A DNA stretch of 34,415 nt from an uncultured Clostridia bacterium (GTDB lineage: Bacteria; Bacillota; Clostridia; Christensenellales; CAG-1252): contig CAMOUZ010000002.1 in assembly GCA_946626795.1 (NCBI GenBank), forward strand, positions 1-34,415, read 5' to 3'. Shown here piece after piece: positions 27,007 to 33,518 of the stretch. The translations under genes were made by a program, and so were the position numbers. The notes beneath the pieces were generated by a model. It had not been told where the DNA came from. It made no database searches and saw nothing but the letters and a program-made list of their open reading frames with translations. How positions within the stretch are numbered: the stretch's first letter is position 1; every line of letters starts with the position of its first letter.

Positions 27007-27024
27007 TATTAAGAATTCTTAATA
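27007..27024. repeat. 18 bp perfect palindrome TATTAAGAATTCTTAATA (candidate operator)
   Basis: Read directly from the sequence: the half-sites TATTAAGAA / TTCTTAATA are exact reverse complements. It lies just upstream of the candidate promoter of the accessory operon. Confidence 0.9.
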
Positions 27025-27027
27025 TTA

Positions 27028-27056
27028 ATTAAAAGGAATAAATTCTATGCTATAAT
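27028..27056 (+). promoter_or_regulatory. Candidate extended -10 promoter for the accessory operon
   Basis: TGcTATAAT at 27048-27056, with only a weak -35 (AATTAA region about 27028-27033). No better promoter is seen before 27242. Confidence 0.4.
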
Positions 27057-27241
27057 AATGAAACGAGAGACTATGCCCTCGCGTGTTTTTCCGTAGGAAC
27101 GTTGATTTTTTCGAGATGTTCTATGGGGACGGGCGAAGGAAAGGGCCTCTCCGAACGCGACGAACAAGCAAAAGAAAGCGCAATTTTGCTGCCGAAACTG
27201 CATTTTGCAACTCTTTTGCATTGTTTGCTTTGGAGGTTACA

Positions 27242-29965
27242 TTGGCGGACAAGAAGAGTTCTGACAACAAGGAACGTATCGAAGAAACTTCGACTGTGAG
27301 TGAAGAGAGCTTGGAAACGTTTGACAAAGAACCGGAGGTCGCTGTGAGCTCCCCCTCGGAGGACGAGAGGAACTCTTCTCCTGTCATTGCGGAGAAGGCA
27401 GTCGAGACCCTTCCCGCGGAGGACGTCATCCCCGCGGATCTTGTTTTGTCCGAAGCTCCGACGGAGGAAGCTTCGACGGAGTCTCCCGTAGCGGAAGCCT
27501 CCGTTTCGGAGACGGAAGAGCCGAGCTCCGAGGAGACGCCCACAGAAGAGCCGATCCCCGAAGAGATTGCGTCCGAAATCCCCGAAAAAGGCGCGAAAGA
27601 ACCTCTTGAAGAGGAAAGCGCGGAAACGCCCGCGGCCGAAGGCGTAGCGTCCGCCGAAGAAGATTCGCAAGCGGAAGCGCTCGCTCTCTCCGTGGATGAC
27701 GTGCCCGTCGTAGTGCCCGCGGAGCCCGTTGCGGAAACGCCGACGGAAGCGGCGGAAGAGGCGCCCGCAGAAAACGCGGAAGGTGACTTCGTGATGGATG
27801 AAGACTATCTGAAAGCCTTTATGGAAGAGGGCGAGATGGACGATTTCATCTACGGCGGAAACTTCGAAGAGAGGCAAGAGCTCTTGGACAAGATCGCCGA
27901 TAACGCCGAGACTCTCGCGGAAGAAGGCACGGAACTTTTGGAGCGTCAGGCGAAAGAGCAGGAAGAGAAGAAAGACGAGGTCCGCTATAACGAAAAAGGC
28001 GAGCCCATCGACGAGAAGGGCAGAGCCATCTTAAAGCGCAGTCTCGAAAATAAGCTCATTCTCGCCGACACGCGTGAACGCAGATATTACAACAAGCTCA
28101 AAAACGCCATCCTTGCATATCAAGGCGTGAAGGCGGAGATGCAGGTCGCGACGGAGGTCTTCCGCGCGAATAAGCAGGTCGTGGCGCGTCTCGCTCTGGC
28201 AGGGTATACGCGCATCTATTTCGCATTGAATCCCGATGAGTTCGACATCGACAGATATAAGCAGTCCAATGCGACGGAATATGATTTCGAAGACACGCAG
28301 ATGATGATCCGCGTTCGCGACGACGACGAATACGCCATCGCCATCGAGCTCCTCACTTTGATGATGGGCGCGCTCGGCGTGGACAAGGCGGAGAAATACG
28401 AGGAAGAGGATTTCCTGCAATATTTCCCCCGTCGCGAGGACGCAGTCCTCGACGCGAAAGGCAAGTATCTTGTCTCGGAGGAGAAGGACACGCAGACCCT
28501 TCAAAAGGAAAAGCGTGCGGAAGAGCGTAAAGCCGCCGGCATCTCGGAAGAAGTCGAGCCCGAAGCCCCCGCTCCGGAGGAAGAGGAAAAAGAAGAGCCC
28601 ATCGTCATCCTCCCGCTCACCCTCGAAAACAAGATCCACCAAACCACGAATACCATCAAGCTCTTGTACAGCAAGTTGAAGAACGAGCTTTTGTCCTTCA
28701 AGACGGTGAAGAGCGAGATGAATGTCAAGAATGAGAATTTCAAAGCGGGCAAGCATATCATCGCGCGTATGACCGTGATCAACGAGAACGTGCGTCTCTA
28801 TCTCGCTTTGGATCCCAAGGCGTATTCCACGCGGAAATACGGACATAAGGACGCTTCCGACCAGAAGGATTACGAAGGCACCGTTTTGATGATGAAGATC
28901 GCGGGAGAGAAGGAGCGTTTGAACGCCGTCAAGCTCATTCAGGAGCTGATGACCGCCAATAAGCTCGAACGCAATTCCCGCTATGTATACGTTCCCTTTG
29001 CGGAGAAATATCCTTATATCAAGAACGGCGTCTTTAAGGGCGACGAGGATAAGCCGCGGATCAAGCATACGGGTGACGAATACGCGGATATCTATGGCGA
29101 GCTGACCGAGCATCTCCGTTCTCAGCTCGGGATGAAGGATGCTTGGGGCGTCCCGAAAGGATACACTGCGGAAGACGGCGTCACGGCGAAAGACCTTCTC
29201 GAACTGCAACGTAGCAAGGCGAAGACGCTGAACGCGGGCGTCGCGCTCGCCACTCCCATCGTGCATTTCTACGACGCGGCGATCGACGAAGAAGGCAAAG
29301 TGCAGTACGTAAACGTCCAGCAGATCTTGAATGATAAATTCCTCGGCAAGATGCTCCCGCAGGAGTATTTCGCCATCGCGGAGGGCAGCCCCCGCATCGA
29401 AGAATTGAATTTCATCGCGCTTGAAATCGTGACCAAGGATTGCAATGAGAATCCCGATCTTCGCTTCGTCGTGAAGATCAGCTGTCGTCTCCTCTTGAAA
29501 CAAGAGACTTTGACCAAGCTCGTGGATAAAATGAAGACCGAGCACGGGAATCTCATCCTCGCTTTCGACTGCGCGATGCTGGAAGCTTTGGGCTTTGCGG
29601 GCGTCAGCGCGATCAATACGTTGAAGTCGCAAGGCGCGCTCATCATGATCGATAATGCGGAGAGCGCGAGTATGCGCGTCCTCACGGAGTACGATTTCGA
29701 TTATTTGAGACTGGATGCGAGGTATTATAACGGGGACAGCTTGAAGCGTCTCGCGCACCTCGATATGATCACGGGCTATGCCGCCGTGCAGAATATCGTG
29801 ACTACCTCCATCAATTGCGAGCATAAAGAAGAAGCTCGCATTCTCCTCGATCACGGAGTGAAAGTGATACAGGGCGACGCGGTCGCGCGCCCGATGAGAC
29901 TTATCAATCTGGCGCTGACGAATATCAAGCCGGTGCCGAAGGTAAAGAAGGATGGCAAGCAATAA
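27242..29965 (+). CDS. Large acidic cytoplasmic protein: about 200 aa E/P/A/S-rich disordered N-terminus, two tandem copies of an unknown ~130 aa domain, and a degenerate EAL-like C-terminal domain
   Basis: The track ORF starts at GTG 27083. The in-frame TTG 27242 lies 5 nt after GGAGG (27232-27236), which makes it my preferred start, though this is uncertain. No TM segments. See the findings for the repeat and EAL-like motif details. Confidence 0.75.
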   Translation: MADKKSSDNKERIEETSTVSEESLETFDKEPEVAVSSPSEDERNSSPVIAEKAVETLPAEDVIPADLVLSEAPTEEASTESPVAEASVSETEEPSSEETPTEEPIPEEIASEIPEKGAKEPLEEESAETPAAEGVASAEEDSQAEALALSVDDVPVVVPAEPVAETPTEAAEEAPAENAEGDFVMDEDYLKAFMEEGEMDDFIYGGNFEERQELLDKIADNAETLAEEGTELLERQAKEQEEKKDEVRYNEKGEPIDEKGRAILKRSLENKLILADTRERRYYNKLKNAILAYQGVKAEMQVATEVFRANKQVVARLALAGYTRIYFALNPDEFDIDRYKQSNATEYDFEDTQMMIRVRDDDEYAIAIELLTLMMGALGVDKAEKYEEEDFLQYFPRREDAVLDAKGKYLVSEEKDTQTLQKEKRAEERKAAGISEEVEPEAPAPEEEEKEEPIVILPLTLENKIHQTTNTIKLLYSKLKNELLSFKTVKSEMNVKNENFKAGKHIIARMTVINENVRLYLALDPKAYSTRKYGHKDASDQKDYEGTVLMMKIAGEKERLNAVKLIQELMTANKLERNSRYVYVPFAEKYPYIKNGVFKGDEDKPRIKHTGDEYADIYGELTEHLRSQLGMKDAWGVPKGYTAEDGVTAKDLLELQRSKAKTLNAGVALATPIVHFYDAAIDEEGKVQYVNVQQILNDKFLGKMLPQEYFAIAEGSPRIEELNFIALEIVTKDCNENPDLRFVVKISCRLLLKQETLTKLVDKMKTEHGNLILAFDCAMLEALGFAGVSAINTLKSQGALIMIDNAESASMRVLTEYDFDYLRLDARYYNGDSLKRLAHLDMITGYAAVQNIVTTSINCEHKEEARILLDHGVKVIQGDAVARPMRLINLALTNIKPVPKVKKDGKQ
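28040..28430 (+). repeat. Internal protein-domain repeat, copy A
   Basis: SLENKLILADTRERRYYNKLKNAILAYQGVKAEMQVATEVFRANKQVVARLALAGYTRIYFALNPDEFDIDRYKQ...MMIRVRDDDEYAIAIELLTLMM. It aligns by eye with copy B. Confidence 0.7.
28615..29020 (+). repeat. Internal protein-domain repeat, copy B
   Basis: LTLENKIHQTTNTIKLLYSKLKNELLSFKTVKSEMNVKNENFKAGKHIIARMTVINENVRLYLALDPKAYSTRKYGH...LMMKIAGEKERLNAVKLIQELM. Shared motifs with copy A are LENK, Y.KLKN..L.(Y/F)..VK.EM, F(R/K)A.K..(V/I)AR, (I/L)Y.AL(N/D)P and MM(I/K)(V/I). Confidence 0.7.
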
Positions 29966-30920
29966 GAACGCCGAAAAAACGCCCGAGCAGATCTTGCAGG
30001 ACCAAATACGCGCGGATAAAGAATACGTTATCAAGAATAAGCGTGTTCGCCGTCAGACGCGCAGGAGAGCGATCATTATCATTCTCTTGATCTTTTTGCT
30101 TATCATCGCCCTGCTTGCCGGTGCGACGTATGCGATTATGCGTTTCGTGGACGAGAGCAATTTCCGCGTGACTGTTACCCAGACAGGCACGCAATGGCTC
30201 TCTCTTTCCAAAGACAAAGGATTCTCGGACGGAGGCCGAAGCGTTTTGGACGTCTCCGCACCCAAGAATATGGATAACGTCACGCTCTGCAATCAACTGG
30301 ACGAGATGTTGCAGGATATGATCGCGACAGACGGCACCTATGAGGGCAGAGGGGCGGATACCTATTACATCGCCTCCACCTTCTATCTGACGAATAGCGG
30401 CACGAAAGACGCGCAGTACAATGAGAGCATCACGCTCGAGCGCGCGTTGCGTAATATGGATAAAGCGATCCGCATCATTTTGGTCAAGGATACGGACATC
30501 GAAGACGATTCGCTCGGCGAGATCGTCGCGTACGCCGCCTATGCTTCGGATGAGAACGGCAACGACCTTTTGGATGAAAACGGGCAGCCTATTCGCGAAG
30601 AAGTGGTGCCCGAGGTCGGCTATAAGCCGAAGGAGACGCTTTGGTATGACGGGCTCACCTTCGACGAGGCGGATCTCGATGAGAACGGCGTATGGTACGC
30701 GAAGCCTTTCGTCGGAAACGGATACGTGCATAAGAGCGAGTTTTATCCCATTACGCCCGGACAAAAGATCAAATACACCGTTTTGATCTGGCTTGAAGGA
30801 CAGGATCCGCAATGTGTGGGTGATAATGACAGCTTGGTCGATGCCGAAAGAGGCATTCTCGGCGGACAGGTGAAGCTTTCGGTCGAGTTCACGACGGCAA
30901 ATACGGTGGAAATTAAATAG
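29952..30920 (+). CDS. Secreted or membrane-anchored TasA/camelysin-like protein with a SipW-cognate-type signal peptide
   Basis: 322 aa. The ATG overlaps the upstream gene by 14 nt. A long basic n-region and h-region IIIILLIFLLIIALLAGATYAIMRFVDES resemble the TasA signal ...LALVGGGTWAAFNDIK. The C-terminal GGQVKLSVEFTTAN resembles TasA QGNSIKLQFSFEATQ. Confidence 0.6.
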   Translation: MASNKNAEKTPEQILQDQIRADKEYVIKNKRVRRQTRRRAIIIILLIFLLIIALLAGATYAIMRFVDESNFRVTVTQTGTQWLSLSKDKGFSDGGRSVLDVSAPKNMDNVTLCNQLDEMLQDMIATDGTYEGRGADTYYIASTFYLTNSGTKDAQYNESITLERALRNMDKAIRIILVKDTDIEDDSLGEIVAYAAYASDENGNDLLDENGQPIREEVVPEVGYKPKETLWYDGLTFDEADLDENGVWYAKPFVGNGYVHKSEFYPITPGQKIKYTVLIWLEGQDPQCVGDNDSLVDAERGILGGQVKLSVEFTTANTVEIK

Positions 30921-30930
30921 GAGAAAACAG

Positions 30931-31845
30931 ATGGAAGAAGAGAATAAGACGATAGACGAGACCACCCTCGACGAGACGCAAGTGCTCGACGAAACGATCT
31001 CGGAAGAAAAAGCGCCCGAGGAAGAAACTCCGATCGCGGCGGAAGAAACGCCTGCCGAGAAGCAGGAAGAGCAGCCTAAAGAGGACGCTCCAAAGGACGA
31101 GCAAGGAAAGAAGCCTTTGACAAAAGGGAAGCGCATCTTGAATGCTGTCATTTTGGGCGTACAGATCGCGTTTGTCGTCCTGTCGATTACGATCTGTCTC
31201 GTGATGCTCTTGAACCCGAAAGCGCAGGACGAAGTCTCTCCGCTCGGCGTGAAGCTCCTCACCGTAAACTCGAACTCAATGAACGGGACGGAGAAGGACA
31301 GCTTTTGCGTGGACGACCTCGTCATCGCCAAGAATCCGAAAAACGGCGGCGAAGGCTTGCAAAAAGGTGATATCATCACCTTCAAGATGCTGGAAAAAGA
31401 AAGTGGGCTCTTCATCATCAACACCCACAGAATAGACGAAGTCATCACGGAAAACGGCTTTACGCAGTACAAGACCAAAGGTGACGCGAATCCGACGCAG
31501 GATCCCGGCTGGGTCAGCGCGGATAACGTCCTCGCCGTCTATGCTTTCCATATTAAGGGGCTCGGCGCGGCGATCAAATGGGTGCGTGACGGTTACCACT
31601 TCATTTTCGTAGTCATCATCCCGCTCGGATTGCTCTTGATCTATAACATTTATCTCGTCGCGCAGATCGTGGTCGAGGCGAAGATGAAGAATGCGAAGAA
31701 AGCGGCGGCGGAAGCGGCTGCCGCGTCGGCGCGCGCAAATCTCAGCGAGGAGGATCTCCTGAGGCTTTTGAAGGAAAGAGGCATAGATCCTGCCGCCATT
31801 AAAAAGCAGGACGATAAAACCGACGATACAGGAAGTGATCAATGA
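30931..31845 (+). CDS. sipW: Signal peptidase I, SipW/ER-type (S26B), with about 65 aa acidic N-terminal extension and a C-terminal TM anchor
   Basis: 304 aa. VNSNSMNG (catalytic Ser box), LQKGDIITF, NTHRIDEV (His box), YKTKGDANP and the C-terminal TM IFVVIIPLGLLLIYNIYLV follow the order and spacing of B. subtilis SipW. Confidence 0.85.
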   Translation: MEEENKTIDETTLDETQVLDETISEEKAPEEETPIAAEETPAEKQEEQPKEDAPKDEQGKKPLTKGKRILNAVILGVQIAFVVLSITICLVMLLNPKAQDEVSPLGVKLLTVNSNSMNGTEKDSFCVDDLVIAKNPKNGGEGLQKGDIITFKMLEKESGLFIINTHRIDEVITENGFTQYKTKGDANPTQDPGWVSADNVLAVYAFHIKGLGAAIKWVRDGYHFIFVVIIPLGLLLIYNIYLVAQIVVEAKMKNAKKAAAEAAAASARANLSEEDLLRLLKERGIDPAAIKKQDDKTDDTGSDQ

Positions 31846-31918
31846 TCCGTCTCGGCGAGTGAGGCGGACGGCACGGTAGTATTCCGTTCGAAAAAGGGGA
31901 AAGGGAAAGGTACGTACT

Positions 31919-33499
31919 ATGTTCACTGATTTTATAAGAGATTTTTTACAAGTATTCTTCTTCGGATTCCTGGGATTCTTCTATACCCAGCCCGGCGGAA
32001 TCGCGAATTTCAGTTGGTACGGAGGTGTATTCGGCGCCTTCCGTCAGCTCTTCGCGGTGGATCAATACGTTGCGGTGGTGGAGAAGTATCAAGCGATGAG
32101 TCAGATGCAGACCGGACAATGGATCGGAGCTTGGGCTATCGTGATCCTCGTGATCCTTGCTTTGCTTGCGATCGTGGTCGTTGGGCTTTATTTCCTCGTT
32201 CGTTTCTTCAAGAGGCTCTTCGGCAGTCGTGTCTTGAATCAAGATCTTGTGGATGAGATCGGAAATTTGAAGGGACAGATCGTGAAACTCACGAGAGAGA
32301 AGGATCGTATCCTCGGGCTCAAAATCGGTTATCAAGGCTATGACGTGCTCGAAGGCAATGAGGGCGAAGATACCAGCAGTGAGAAGAAAGAAGGCGAGAG
32401 CCGTTTCTATAAGCTCACCGAAGTCGATATGACCTATGCGGAGGAGGGCTCGCAGCGTCACACCGAGTTTAATAAAGAAGTTACGTTGGAACAGATCTGC
32501 GACACTTTCCGTAATTACGCGGCGAATAACCCGCAGAGACCGTGGCGTAAGCTCTATTACGAGCCCAAGATCATCCGCCTCTTCTTCGCAAGTTTGGCCA
32601 CAACGCGACTCATCATCCTGCAAGGTATATCCGGTACCGGTAAAACCTCACTTCCCGAGTGTATCGGGCACTTCATCGATAACCCCACGACCATCGCCTC
32701 CGTGCAGCCGTCCTGGCGTGACAGAACCGAAATCTTCGGGTACTTCAACGAATTTACCAAGAGGTTTAACGAGACCGAGGTCTTGAAGGCGATGTACGAC
32801 GCAACGTATAACGAAGACGTGTATTTGACCGTCCTCGACGAAATGAACATCGCTCGTGTCGAGTACTACTTCGCGGAAATGCTCTCCATTTTGGAAATGC
32901 CGTCCCGTGACCAGTGGATCGTTGACCTCGTCCCGAGCGGCTGGCCTTCCGACCCGAAGCATGTTGAAAAAGGACGTTTTCGTCTCCCCGAGAATATGTG
33001 GTTCGTCGGCACGGCGAACAACGACGATAGTACCTTCGCCATTTCCGATAAGGTGTACGATCGTGGTATGCCGATCAATATCAACAGCAAGGCGAAGCCT
33101 TTCGACGCGCCCCTCACCGATATGATGCCGCTTTCCTATAAGCATCTTGAAGAGCTCTTCAAGAAAGCGCAGGAAGAGCATAAGGTCAGCGAGGAGAACC
33201 TCAAAAAATTCGAAGAAATGGATGATTACGTGATCGAGCACTTCCGTTTGGCGTTTGGTAACCGTATCGTGAAGCAGCTCCGTGAGTTCGTGCCCGTGTA
33301 CGTGGCGTGCGGCGGCACGGAGATCGACGGCTTGGACTACGTGCTCTGTAATAAGATCCTCCGTAAGTTCGAGTCCTTGAACCTCGCGTACATCCGCGAC
33401 GAGGTGGACGACTATATCCAATACCTCTCCGATCACTTCGGCGAGGAGAATATGACCGAGTGTAAAGAATATCTCGAAAGATTGAAGAAGCTCTTCTAA
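31919..33499 (+). CDS. Membrane-anchored McrB-like (AAA_5 family) AAA+ NTPase
   Basis: 526 aa. It has an N-terminal hydrophobic segment, the TM helix WIGAWAIVILVILALLAIVVVGLYFLVRFF and a heptad-like linker. Walker A is LQGISGTGKTS and Walker B is LTVLDEMNIA. The McrB-type signature follows: RVEYYFAEMLSILE ... WFVGTANNDDSTFAISDKVYDRG. Confidence 0.75.
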   Translation: MFTDFIRDFLQVFFFGFLGFFYTQPGGIANFSWYGGVFGAFRQLFAVDQYVAVVEKYQAMSQMQTGQWIGAWAIVILVILALLAIVVVGLYFLVRFFKRLFGSRVLNQDLVDEIGNLKGQIVKLTREKDRILGLKIGYQGYDVLEGNEGEDTSSEKKEGESRFYKLTEVDMTYAEEGSQRHTEFNKEVTLEQICDTFRNYAANNPQRPWRKLYYEPKIIRLFFASLATTRLIILQGISGTGKTSLPECIGHFIDNPTTIASVQPSWRDRTEIFGYFNEFTKRFNETEVLKAMYDATYNEDVYLTVLDEMNIARVEYYFAEMLSILEMPSRDQWIVDLVPSGWPSDPKHVEKGRFRLPENMWFVGTANNDDSTFAISDKVYDRGMPININSKAKPFDAPLTDMMPLSYKHLEELFKKAQEEHKVSEENLKKFEEMDDYVIEHFRLAFGNRIVKQLREFVPVYVACGGTEIDGLDYVLCNKILRKFESLNLAYIRDEVDDYIQYLSDHFGEENMTECKEYLERLKKLF

Positions 33500-33518
33500 T
33501 CATAAGGACTGATAGGCA

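Noticed and set aside
27083-27241. N-terminal extensions implied by the longest-ORF track coordinates at 27083, 3434, 7381, 12019, 15975, 17201, 17697, 18630, 21559 and 26947(-).
   Set aside because: In each case an internal start codon follows a GGAGG-type RBS at 5-9 nt and restores the canonical N-terminus of the family. Examples are [10 protein letters not shown] for L23, [11 protein letters not shown] for S8 and MSRIGRLPIE for L6. The extended parts overlap the upstream gene or look like random basic sequence.
27057-27241. c-di-GMP riboswitch (GEMM-I/II) ahead of the EAL-like protein gene.
   Set aside because: I could not find the characteristic conserved cores or the tetraloop/receptor arrangement by eye. 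It is kept only as a generic long-leader observation and needs cmscan to settle.
26214-27241. Mobile-element boundaries (integrase, transposase, tRNA target, direct repeats) flanking the accessory block.
   Set aside because: None was recognised in the readable part. The right boundary lies outside the window, so horizontal acquisition can be neither supported nor excluded from this sequence.
31846-31918. Hairpin CCGTCTC-GGCGAGT-GAGGCGG after sipW, as a terminator separating the two modules.
   Set aside because: There is no downstream T-tract and the stem contains a G-U pair. I also found no promoter-like -35/-10 in the gap. Co-transcription therefore seems more likely, though it is unproven.
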